Assembly: GCA_002269645.1 (NCBI GenBank) | Contig: NIVC01001391.1 | Coordinates: 186,001 to 250,000, forward strand | Direction of reading: 5' to 3' | DNA: 64,000 nucleotides | DNA from: Macrostomum lignano | Lineage: Eukaryota | Shown: one piece after another, positions 1-11,200 of the stretch | How positions within the stretch are numbered: the first letter of the stretch is position 1 | Layout: the number at the start of each line of letters is the position of its first letter | Program-made: the position numbers and the translations under genes | The notes under the pieces: model-generated | The model's input: the letters and a program-made list of their open reading frames with translations, nothing else | Told to the model about the DNA's origin: nothing | Databases searched by the model: none

Positions 1-343
1 CGGAAAGAAGAAGCCAGTGTTTCCCATTTCAATATTTGGCCATCAGAGCTTTCATTTTTGGCAATAAAAACGCGGTGTCAGAGGCAGACCCCATCTAAAC
101 TGCAGTAAAGCCACCCGACACTGAGGTGATTCGCACTGAATGAAGGAAAAATAAGATGAGAATGCCTTCTGTACAAGTGCACTTAAGAGTACTTCAATGC
201 TCGCTGTAAGCCAAAACTGCTATCAAATTTAAGAGTTGAATCCACTACAAATTCCACTGGCTTCAAATAGAAGTTAGATTACTTTGACGACACCAAATGC
301 AAAAAGCGGTTGAGTTAAATGCGATTAGTTACGGGTTTGATTT

Positions 344-1230
344 GCATTCTATTCCTGCACTCACGATAGGCTAGATTAGCAATCCATTCTAATCCTGCAC
401 CCACGATAGGCTAGATTAGCAATCCATTCTAATCCTGCACCCACGATAGGCTAGATTAGCAATCCATTCTATTCCTGCACCCATGATGGGCTAGATTAGC
501 AATCCATTCTATTCCTGCATCCATGATAGGCTAGATTAGCAATCCATTCTATTCCTGCATCCATGATAGGCTAGATTAGCAATCCATTCTATTCCTGCAC
601 CCAAGATAGGCTAGATTAGCAATCCATGCTATTCCTGCATCTATGATAGGCTAGATTAGCAATCCATTCTATTCCTGCATCCATGATAGGCTAGATTAGC
701 AATCCATTCTATTCCTGCATCCATGATAGGCTAGATTAGCAATCCATTCTATTCCTGCACCCATGATAGGCTAGATTAGCAATCCATTCTATTCCTGCAC
801 CCATGATAGGCTAGATTAGCATCCATTCTATTCCTGCACCCATGATAGGCTAGATTAGCAATCCATTCTATTCCTGCACCCATGATAGGCTAGATTAGCA
901 ATCCATTCTATTCCTGCACCCATGATAGGCTAGATTAGTAATCCATTCTATTCCTGCACCCATGATAGGCTAGATTAGCAATCCATTCTATTCCTGCATC
1001 CATGATAGGCTAGATTAGCAATCCATTCTATTCCTGCACCCATGATAGGCTAGATTAGTAATCCATTCTATTCCTGCACCCATGATAGGCTAGATTAGTA
1101 ATCCATTCTATTCCTGCACCCATGATAGGCTAGATTAGCAATCCATTCTATTCCTGCATCCATGATAGGCTAGATTAGCAATCCATTCTATTCCTGCCTC
1201 AATGATAGGCTAGATTAGCAATCCATTCTA
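344..1230. repeat. 40-bp minisatellite (AATCCATTCTATTCCTGCACCCATGATAGGCTAGATTAGC), ~22 copies; same family as 39961-41380
   Basis: Visible 40-nt periodicity with near-identical units. Confidence 0.97.
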
Positions 1231-2210
1231 TGGCTGAATACATGCAGAATACAATAATCTTTTAATAAGCCGCGCCTAAACCAGATTCGAGAAGCTGCCA
1301 TGCTTCTGAAGCACTTCAGAAGAGGCCGGATGCACAGCGGGACACAACAAAAAGCCTTCCTTTATTTACCTAATTGGCCTCGGCCGCCCTCTCCAGACTC
1401 AAGACCGGTCTCCAATCACGCATAAAAAATAAAATTCCTCAAAAAGCGATCTTAAATTAAACTCTGCCGTCTCCTCCCCGCCCTCCGCCCGTCACCCGGC
1501 TGAAGCGGGATGAGCAATTACGATCGCGCAGATCCCCCGCCCAGCCATAGCAGAATTCATTTCATAACTGGCAGTTTATTATTTAAGAAAAACAGCCAGC
1601 AGGAAACGCGAAATTTTAGCGAGGATTTTTGGCTACTGGGGCCGGCCCGACACAGCAGGCTTATCGCTAATGCGCCACAGGGGAATTTAGAACTTAGTTA
1701 TAATATGAGAGCCTGCAACTCAGGCGGTCTTTTAATGCCATCGGAACAGGGATTAGCATGGCATGGCGTCAAGTTTTTATAGCGAAGCTTTAGCTTAATC
1801 TAGACAGAAATCTTAATGAGCAGCCGGGTCTACGCTTACTTGGAAAGGCGCTTCGCTTTGCTCTGCCTAATGAGAAGATTAATTCACAGTTGAACCACTG
1901 AGAGGAGTCGAACCCCCTGACGATAATTCTCTGCCTACTTTCAACTAGGCCTAGTTAAAAATATAAAATTTTGCTTTTGGCTGAAGGTCCGCCACGGTAT
2001 TGCAAGTGTCAGGCAGAATTGCCTGGCGGGAATAGAAACAGGAGAGGAGAATTATCAGAGGGAATCTTCCCCCTGGACATAAATACGGGCTATTGCCAAA
2101 TAGGGAATCCTATTAATGCCATACAGATGTGTCAGGGGGAATCCTGTGCTACAGTAAAGACTGGGGTATTGCCATGGCCCATGGGGAATATTCTCATGAC
2201 AAAAGGACTG

Positions 2211-2724
2211 GGGCGTTGCCAGGAGGAATTTTCTGCTGGCAAAAAAGACGGGGTGTCAGGGGGGAATTCTCTGCTGGAAAAAAAGACGGGGTGTCAGGGG
2301 GGAATTCTATGCTGGCAAAAAGACGGGTGTCAGGGGGGAATTCTATGCTGGCAAAAAGACGGGTGTCAGGGGGGAATTCTATGCTGGCAAAAGACGGGGT
2401 GTCAGAGGGAATTCTATGCTGGCAAAAAGACGGGTGTCAGGGGGGAATTCTATGCTGGCAAAAAAGACGGTGTCAGGGGGAATTCTATGCTGGCAAAAAG
2501 ACGGGTGTCAGGGGGGAATTCTATGCTGGCAAAAAAGACGGTGTCAGGGGGAATTCTATGCTGGCAAAAAAGACGGTGTCAGGGGGAATTCTATGCTGGC
2601 AAAAAGACGGGTGTCAGGGGGGAATTCTATGCTGGCAAAAGACGGGGTGTCAGGGGGAATTCTATGCTGGCAAAAAAGACGGTGTCAGAAGGAATTCTCT
2701 GCTGGCAAAAAGACGGGTGTCAGG
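2211..2724. repeat. ~31-34-bp minisatellite (GGGGGAATTCTATGCTGGCAAAAAGACGGGTGTCA) with variable G and A runs
   Basis: Direct tandem periodicity; explains repetitive ORFs 1971-2729, 2129-2827, 2416-2745. Confidence 0.95.
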
Positions 2725-4825
2725 GATAATTTTCACCTGGCATAAATACCGGGGGAACTGTCTGGGGGAATCACATCCTAGCATAAAGACTGCAGCGGGG
2801 ATTTTCATAGGGAATTCTCTACAATAAAAGACTCTGTAGGAAAAACTGTTACAGAGGAAATTGTAAAGATCGCTAAAAGAGAGTACACCATGGTGCGGTG
2901 TTAAATTTCCTAAGTATTCAGACATACAAGAGTCCTCCGCCTTGGGGCAAGAGTCCAGGTTAGGGCTGCAGTAGGAAAAACTTTCGCATCATATCCTGTC
3001 TTGCCCCATGCTGATAATGGGCAGTTAATGGAAAGTGGGACGCAGAAGAGCGGCGGCTCGCACAAAAATTCACTTCGTAGACGCAGCGAAATGCGATTTG
3101 CGACCGGCGCCGCCCCCCCCCCCCGCTGGCTCCCGGGCATCTCCGACCAGCAGACGAAAGTCGGCGAGGCGGCGCCGCAGGGGAGGCCCGGGCCTCAATT
3201 TTTCCCGATTAGATATTCCGACGCTCCTCTCTGGCCCGCTCGCCATCATTTTCATGACTACCGGGGCTCCCAGAAGACTCTCCCCCCCCCCAGCGGTGTC
3301 CACTCCGCCCTCCTGTCCGGGCCGCCACTTTTTCCTTCATTTTATCGAATTACGCGGCGCATGAGGGCGCCCGGGCAGCGGCGGTTGCTCAACTAATTTT
3401 ACACTTTGCGATGGAGGAAAGAGCGGAGAGGCGGCGGCCCCCAGAGCTGACGAAATGAGACCGGGGGAGAAAATGGGATAGGCAGGCAGGGGTGCGCTAA
3501 ACTTTTCCAGCTGAGAGAGACTTTGCCATTCGAATAGGCAGGCGCCCAGGTCGAGAGAGAAAAGGCAGCAGTAGCAAAGCGATGAAGCCCGCGCGTCCCA
3601 GCTTCCCGACTGACTGGCGGTTAATCAGCAATTGAGGGGGGGGGGATTTTACTCCCCAGCCCGCTTGAGCCTCTCAACTGGGACAAGCTGAGTGAGAGTG
3701 AAAGAGAAAAGAAGAGGTGGAGAAGGCAAAGTGGGAGGCAGGGAAAGGGCGATTGAGTGGGGGCTCTGAGGGGATTAAGAGGCTGCGTTCGCCCACCCCC
3801 GCTGCTCAGCAGGCGGAATCCCCATAGCAGCACGGGAACCCTGACAGCCCCCCGCTGGTTGACTGACTGGCACACAGAAAGACAGCGGGGAGAATTCTCC
3901 CCTATCTCTAATCTCTTCCCTTTAGTAGGAAAAGAAGCAGCGGAATTGCCAAAGACAAAAGTCCCCATGGCGGTGGGATGAATTCATGCCAGGCGGACGG
4001 GGAACCGATACAAACGGATAGGGGATAGAGAGGATTAATCAATATGACGAAGACTCAAGCAACTTAATTAGCATACATTAAGTTTGGTAGCGGGCCACCC
4101 ATGCCAGAGCCGGCAACACTGTGGCATGATCAGCAGCGCTAAACTAAATAAAATCACCCCGGGGGTAGGCAGGCGAGGGCATAACTAATGAGGATGAAAG
4201 ATTAAACAGCTCAGGCCAGTTTAGAAAACTCATCACGCTCACACAGAGATAGGATGCAGTGTTTGATCACAGTGTTAGAGTGTTGGACAGCGGCAATGGA
4301 CAGTCTATAATACTCAACTGATGAAGAGGTTAGAGGCTCAAATGCTCGCCAAGCTCAGCTCACAGCAGCCCATACAGCAGGCTTAACTTTACACAGCTAT
4401 AAAGTCGGTGTGAAAAAAGAAGCAAGGTGAGAGAAAACACTTCAAACAATAAGAGCATGAGCAATAGGGGCCTGGGTTTAGGCCCAGTGCGGCCTGCTCG
4501 TGTGCTCAGTACAGCTGCTTCATTTATTATCGCGTCCCGACACGATAAACTGCGAGGCTCTGCGACAACCGGCCAGAGAAGCACAATCTCCCTCACCTGA
4601 CAGCAGTTTACACAATAAGCAACTTGCAACAAAGGGGCTCAGGGAAGCCAGGGTTAGTCTGTGTAAATTACCGATGCACAACAAACTGGTAGCTAGAAAA
4701 TATAAAATGGACATCTGCACACTCAATGAGAGCAGAGGGCATGTACATGAGCAATGTATGTACAGTGGAAGGGGTGGCCTGTGAGTCTTCTTTGCGAAAG
4801 ATAATTGTCTGCTTAGCCTATAATA

Positions 4826-5270
4826 GATTCTCCGTGGCTTAATGGGAGATTCTCTGAGGCTTAATGGGAGATTCTCTGTGGTTTAAGGGGAGATTCTCTG
4901 TGACTTAATGGGAGATTCTCTGTGGTTTAAGGGGAGATTCTCTGTGACTTAATGGGAGATTCGCTATGGCTTAATGGGAGATTCTCTGTGGTTTAAAGTG
5001 AGATTCTCTGTAGCTTAAGGGGGCGATTCTGTGTGGCTTAGGCTTAAGGGGAGATTCTCTGTGGCTTAATGGGAGATTCGCTATGGCTTAATGGGAGATT
5101 CTCTGTGGTTTAAAGGGAGATTCTCTGTAGCTCAAGGGGGCGATTCTCTGTGGCTTAGGCTTAAGGGGAGATTCTCTGTGGCTTAAGGGGAGATTCGCTA
5201 TGGCTTAATGGGAGATTCTCTGTGGTTTAAAGGGAGATTCTCTGTGGCTTAAGGTGAGATTCTCTGTAGC
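4826..5270. repeat. ~22-bp minisatellite (GGGAGATTCTCTGTGGCTTAAT)
   Basis: Tandem units visible. Confidence 0.93.
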
Positions 5271-5975
5271 AGATTATATACCATAATCCCATCGTTCTTC
5301 AATCCGTCTACATCAAAATTAGCCCGATGTACGAAGGAGGCGAGATGGGTGCAACGAGGCAGATGAAAACACGAATCAAATGAATACAGCAGTTGCAGCA
5401 GCAAAGTAAATTGGGTTTTACACTGGGAAGCTTCTTCTAAAGAGTTTCTTGCTTGACAACAATTAGATTATCGGAGAACTCCTAACGACAGAGATTATCC
5501 GGAAAGATAATAATAAGTGTCCCTATGCCAGCAGGCCTGAGACGGTAATACAATCGATCTATCGGATTAGGGAAAAGGTGCGACTGAATTACCACGCGCC
5601 GCCGGCGAGTCCGGCGTAACAGAGCGGGGAAACCAACGGTTTATAATGCTATTAATGAGGGATAAAAAATAATGGGACGCCACTCAATTTATACAATAGG
5701 CAAAATTCAATTACAATGTAACTATAAGCATTTTACATTGCGCACAGTTATGCAAGAAATCACACAAGGGGTCAGGCAGAAGTCAGCAGTCGGTGACAGA
5801 GCATTTTTCAGAGCAGCAGCGATGGTCCGCAAGTAACAGGTGGGATCTTTAAGGTATAGAGTGGGTCCAATGAGTATAAATGTGTTAATATGCGATTACT
5901 CTAACAGCATGCTCAGAGGTAGAAAGTTGCGCAAATCCCAAGTCACGTGACAGCCCCAGCCGATTCTATTCCGGC

Positions 5976-8240
5976 TCAGCAGTCCTCGTCCAGACCCTCG
6001 TCCATGGCGGCCAGAGCCACTTCGCCGTGCCACTCGAACGAGTAGTTGAGATGCGCTGGCGACAGCGAGGCCGGGGCGGAGCAGAGCGACTTGGACTTGG
6101 CGTGCTCCACAGCTGTCTGCGGCGGCTTCAGCGGCTGCTGCTGGCTGTCTCCGCCTGACGCCGCCGGCTTGACTCTGACGGCCGACAGAGCGTAGGACGA
6201 CGAGGAGGCCGACGCCGACGTCGACGAAGCTGTTGATGGGCGGAAAGCAGACGAGGCTGCTGCTGACACCGCGGCGACTACGCTGCATTTTGGCGCCAGC
6301 TTCGGCGAGTCGGCGAACGACACCGGCCAGGACAGGGAGGGCGCGAAGCCCTGGCCGGACGGCAGCGACACCGGCGTCTCCTTGGCAACCGACTGGCCGC
6401 CGCCGCTGTCGCAACTGCCATTGGCAGCCCCGTGAACCGGGGCGCCGCCGTTGGAGACGGCTCCGACTACCCCAGCAGCGCCGCAGCTCAGCGAAGTCGG
6501 CACTTGAGTTGATCGGCGAACGCCGTCCTGGCCGCCGTGCTGCTGGCTGAGCCGGTGCCGCAGGTGCTGGTGGTGCTGCTGATGGTGATGGTGAGACAGG
6601 CGGAAGGCCTGGCCGCCCGGATAAGCGTCTAAGAAGGTGAGCGCCTGCGACAGGCTGTCGGCGCTCATCTCCTTGTGCCCGGAGTCCGGAGAGCCGCTCT
6701 GCGCGCCGGGGGACGCCGCTGAAGCCGGCGCCCCAGCCACTGTGACGGTAGCGGTGGTGGTAACTGCAGATGCGGAGGCGGCGGCGGCAACTGCAGCAGC
6801 GGTGGAGGCCGCGGAGATCATAAGGAGGCTGTCGAACAGAACTGGAGCCGCCTCGCCCAGCGGCGTCAGCCCGCAGTCCTCGGCCGCCTTGAGCTCCGGC
6901 AAATCCAGCGGTGCAACTGGCGGACAGAGCGGGGTGCTCTTGTCCGGCAGGCCGGACACTCTGGACGGTGCTTTTGTCAGTGTCGAAGCTGCAGACGATG
7001 AAGATGCTAATCTGGCGTCCAGCTCTGGAGGCCGCTGATGATACCGGAGCTCCAGCAAACGCAGGCGGTGCACCAGCTGGTTGAGATGATCCAGCAGGTC
7101 CCTATTCTGCACGAGCAGCTGGTGAGCTCTGGCCTGAGCTTCAACCCTGGCAGCAGCCTCGGCGGCCAGCTGGTCCCTGAGCAGCCGGGCCTGCGCCATG
7201 GCCACCTGGGCCTGCTGCGACTGCTGCTCCAGCCGCTGCCTGATCAGCTGCTGGCGGTGCCGCAGCCACAGCGGCCCGCCCTCCGGATCGCTGCCCGATG
7301 CCACCATGCCGCCAAGGCCGTCGGCATCCAGACCGATGCTGTCCCAGCTGGGTGGCAGCGGCGCCAGCGGCGAGGTGATGGTGCCGACCGTGTGACGGGG
7401 CCGGCCAACGCCCACCGGCTCGGAGGTGGACGAGCTTAGCTGAAGCGACGGAGGCGGCGGCAGAGGCGTCGCAGCGGAGGATTGCGCCGTCAGTGGCGGC
7501 TTTTTGACCTCGCAGCCGGCGGCCTCCTTAATGAGAGGCGGTGTCGTCTTGTCCGCCGATTTCTTGTCTGCTGCAGCGGGGGTTTCGGCAGCGGCGGCAG
7601 ACTTGGCCGGCGAAGATGACTCAGCGGTGCCGGCCGAGCCGCCCTGACCCGATTTGACCTTGGCTGGTGCCGACTCGCCGGGCGACTGCACGGGGCTGGT
7701 GGTGGCATTGGAGGCGGCGGCGCTGCGGCCCTCCTTGGAGCCCAGGGACAGCTGGTGGCAGACCTCGAATGCCTGGCCGATGGTGCGCACGATGCGCATG
7801 GCCTGAGCCTTCTTGTAGGCCTTGAACACGCTGCACTTGAATGCGTTCCTCTGGCTGTCCCTGGCTATGTAGCTGAATATCTTCAGGTCCTGCGAGTCGT
7901 GCGACACGTAGAATATCCTGTAGATAGGGTGGTGCATGAGCAGCTGCGAGGTCGAGTCCAGCCACAGGGCTCGCCTGCGGGCGCGCCGGCAGATGACGCT
8001 GACCCCGTCAACGGAGATAGATATGGTGACCTTGCGCTTCTTGATAGCCTTAGCCTTGAACTCGAAGCGGATTCGCCGCATGGCGGCAACAATCTCCACG
8101 CGACTCTGCGGCCGCGGCACGTCCAGGCTGCCGATGAACTTGGCCTTGTACTGGATGCCCCGCTGGAACGCCTCCTCTGAGTGCACGGGGAACCGGCTGG
8201 AGTCCGCGCCGTCCTCGCTGACGATATCGTAGTCGGTCAT
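5976..8240 (-). CDS. NOS1AP: NOS1AP/CAPON (dyc-1-like) PTB-domain adaptor; coding region is a single exon
   Basis: N-terminal PTB SEEAFQRGIQYKAKFIGSLDVPRPQSRVEIVAAMRRIRFEFKAK and coiled coil QLAAEAAARVEAQARAHQLLVQNRDLL match CAPON as I recall it. ATG at 8240 (MTDY) is preceded by a branch/pyrimidine/AG acceptor. An in-frame upstream ATG exists at 8264. Confidence 0.93.
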   Translation of the reverse strand: MTDYDIVSEDGADSSRFPVHSEEAFQRGIQYKAKFIGSLDVPRPQSRVEIVAAMRRIRFEFKAKAIKKRKVTISISVDGVSVICRRARRRALWLDSTSQLLMHHPIYRIFYVSHDSQDLKIFSYIARDSQRNAFKCSVFKAYKKAQAMRIVRTIGQAFEVCHQLSLGSKEGRSAAASNATTSPVQSPGESAPAKVKSGQGGSAGTAESSSPAKSAAAAETPAAADKKSADKTTPPLIKEAAGCEVKKPPLTAQSSAATPLPPPPSLQLSSSTSEPVGVGRPRHTVGTITSPLAPLPPSWDSIGLDADGLGGMVASGSDPEGGPLWLRHRQQLIRQRLEQQSQQAQVAMAQARLLRDQLAAEAAARVEAQARAHQLLVQNRDLLDHLNQLVHRLRLLELRYHQRPPELDARLASSSSAASTLTKAPSRVSGLPDKSTPLCPPVAPLDLPELKAAEDCGLTPLGEAAPVLFDSLLMISAASTAAAVAAAASASAVTTTATVTVAGAPASAASPGAQSGSPDSGHKEMSADSLSQALTFLDAYPGGQAFRLSHHHHQQHHQHLRHRLSQQHGGQDGVRRSTQVPTSLSCGAAGVVGAVSNGGAPVHGAANGSCDSGGGQSVAKETPVSLPSGQGFAPSLSWPVSFADSPKLAPKCSVVAAVSAAASSAFRPSTASSTSASASSSSYALSAVRVKPAASGGDSQQQPLKPPQTAVEHAKSKSLCSAPASLSPAHLNYSFEWHGEVALAAMDEGLDEDC

Positions 8241-11200
8241 CCTGGAATAGCAGGCGGAGAGCATCGCGGATCCGGTCAGTCAGGTGCAAATCAGGTAAAC
8301 TTCACCTGGCCCTCAGCCCGCCTCTACCGTTAATGGGGAAAATTTCCCCTTAAAAAGCCAAGCCCATATCCGAGCCATTAGAATTATTTCTTGCCCCCCA
8401 CGAACGCAGGCGACATCAACTAAGGACAGGAAGCTGGAGGGACGGGGAAGCTTCGGGTAGGGCAGCATGGGGACATGTGACGGCGGCGGCGTCTGAAGAG
8501 GAAGGAAGTGGCTCATAAGGAGCGCTTTATTTGCTTTCCAAAGCCATAGAGGCGGAGGAGGCGCGCCTGAACTGCGCAGCTCCACTGATTCGGCACTTGA
8601 TCTCCAGCCAGCCACAGGTCAGGCATTGGAATCCAGGGGGCTTCGAAGCATGTAAATAGTCTAAGAGCACAGCATACCCCCCAACCCTCGGGAGAATAGC
8701 GGACTGTTGAACAAGCGGCTGCTGGCGCAGTGTCCCGAACTGAGTAGTATCGAAGGGCACAGGCAGATAAATAAATCTGGTTGAAATCGCAGCCCAGGTG
8801 CGGACAGGTGACCCAGCGGCTAGTAAACACACTGGTCTCCGAGGGACAAACAGTTATGCTACGAAATTTGAGCCCACTGTTTACTAATCCTCAGAGCTAG
8901 CGGATCGCCAGCAATGGGATAACAACAGAGGCTGTACGCGTGACAAGGATATTCTGTCGCGGCAGGGAAGGGGAAAGAAACCCATCGGGAAATTTTCCTT
9001 TTCACAAGGCTCTGGACCAATTCTTCTTCACTGATTTTCAGGCAGTCGGCCAGTCTGTCCGGTACAATTAGTTAATCTGCAGGGATCGGGGCAAGCCGCT
9101 AATCCCACAGGCCGCAGGCCAGGCCCAGTCGTGGGATACGTACACGGTGAAGCCGAACAGATAGGGGGGGGGCTTCTCTAGGGAAAACAATTGTGCACTT
9201 TTACCGCTAAACAAAACAGTGACACTTATAAGACACTACGTAGTCAGGGGCGAGGCTGTGTGACCGAAATAGCAGCCAAAATTTGATGTCAATATTGAAT
9301 AGCACGGCTGATACTTCATAAAAAACCCAAAAAACTGGTTAGTCCGGGCAGAGCCGGCTGCGGATCTGCAATCAGCATTGGCCTTGATTGACAGCTTCCG
9401 GGGTAGAAATTGGTTTCCGCTGGGGGTGGGTGGGGGGAGCGGAGCAGTCCCAGCTGCAGCTGCAGGACACGAGATGGCTGCAGCTAACAGGGCAAATGAT
9501 TTTTGGCATATTGCCACTTTGTAGCAGCCTCTATAAAGTGAAAAGTGATTACAGTTGCAACAGTCGCACAGACACATGCCAGAGGTCACTCAGCTCAGAA
9601 GCACTGGGTTAGGATTAAGAGAGTGACTGAGCACCAGGGCAGTATAGAGAATGAGCTCAACAACAGCCAACTGTTAGCAAGTTAATGACTCGAAAGCTGA
9701 TGGGAATAAGGAGCCCGGGATGGCAGATGGAGCAAAGGAGGCTAAGAAGCGGGCCGCAGCAGGCAGTAAAAGCAACAGTGCGCTCCCAAGTCCGAGCAAG
9801 CATAGGGATGAGATGGGCAGCAGCGATAAGACCGAGTGACCAGGCGCTGGTGGCCGAGGACTCAAGAGAGAGAGAGATAGTGACGAAGCAAGGGGAGAGG
9901 AAAAGAAGCGAACTACTGGCTGAAACAAGATCGCCCAGACAGGCAGGGGATTTGCTAATAAGCCAAGGCAATGGCGCCCGCCGTAGTGCGAAAAGTCAGA
10001 AAATGGGGGGAGGCGGCGTCCCAGTCCAACAGGACGCGTAGCAAAGTTGCATTGCCGCCGCTCATCCTGGATCCCCCCGCCCGTCTCAGCCGCATCCTTC
10101 TATCATACAGGAATGAGAAACGAGTGAAGAAAAGAGGTTAGAGAAGAGAGAAGGAGGGCCATCCTCGCCATCCCGGCCCCGAGGCCCTGCGCACACAATA
10201 TATACACGGAGCGAAGCCAGGCAAAAGGGAAAGTGGAAGCTACTTGGAAATGATTAAAAATTCTTTCCTTCCTGAGGTTTGGTCCCGGCCGAGTAAAACA
10301 GCCAGGGAGGAGGCGGGGCCCGGCCTAAGCCAGGAAAGTGAATTCCCATGGCTAAAACATCTTCAACCTTCATAAAATTTCCTGACATACAAGACAAGAT
10401 GATGAACTAGATCGGCTGAAGCGAATCTCCCCTCCTCGAACTCGCCTGCCCTTCCTCATCTCCCCCTCCCCGATGCTTCGTCTTCATTTCCTTCAAGCCT
10501 CGTTTCCTCGTCTGGCAGCGAAACTGCACAGCAACAGCCAACTAGCGGAGCCGATGAATAAATTAGGGACGGGGCCTGCTGTGTCACCTTCGATTCTGCG
10601 ACCAGCCAACCGTTGTGCCTGTAAACAGACAGCGTGACAGGGCATTACAGAATCCGATCCAGCGCACTATAGGAGTCAAAATAAATCAAAAGTAGCAAAA
10701 CAGCGCTGAGGAACTCCCCAGCCGGTCAGAGGAGCCCCGGCTCCGAGAACAGCCTCGATCGATAAGCAAGCCAAGGTCGGGTGCTTTCAATTAAAAGCGC
10801 AGCAGGCAGCGGCCAGACTTCTGCTCTGACGGAGCACCGAACCAGCTCGGGGGAATCTGGTCTATACGAGTGCAGATCCCCGAAGCGGCACCTACAGCTC
10901 GGCAGAAGCATCAGGACCTCGATGGTCATCGATTGGCCAGCTAGGAGAGAAGACGAGAGCTTCTAGGCCAGTTCATCTCAGCTCAGTTATATATCCAGCG
11001 CCAAGACGCAGGTAGCTTCTTTAGAGTGTGCGTTGAGAGCAGCCGAGTAACAGGAGGCGAGGCTGGCAAGGAGGGGCACTTAGCAACAGAATGGAATCTC
11101 TTGAAATATGCAGACCCGGGGCTGGGCTCTCCGATTACCGATGAGGACAAGCGGCAGCTCCCCGCATTCATTGATTGCAAGCGGATCGGGCAGCGGCATC

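Noticed and set aside
5946-5978. Stop-codon readthrough or selenocysteine at the NOS1AP TGA
   Set aside because: The context is TGA-G rather than TGA-CTAG, the extension would be only 10 aa with no recognisable motif, and no SECIS was seen.
6233-8232. Plus-strand ORFs overlapping NOS1AP, and equivalent antisense ORFs over the SARM1, lectin, ZO-1 and GPCR exons
   Set aside because: These are shadow ORFs of GC-rich coding sequence.
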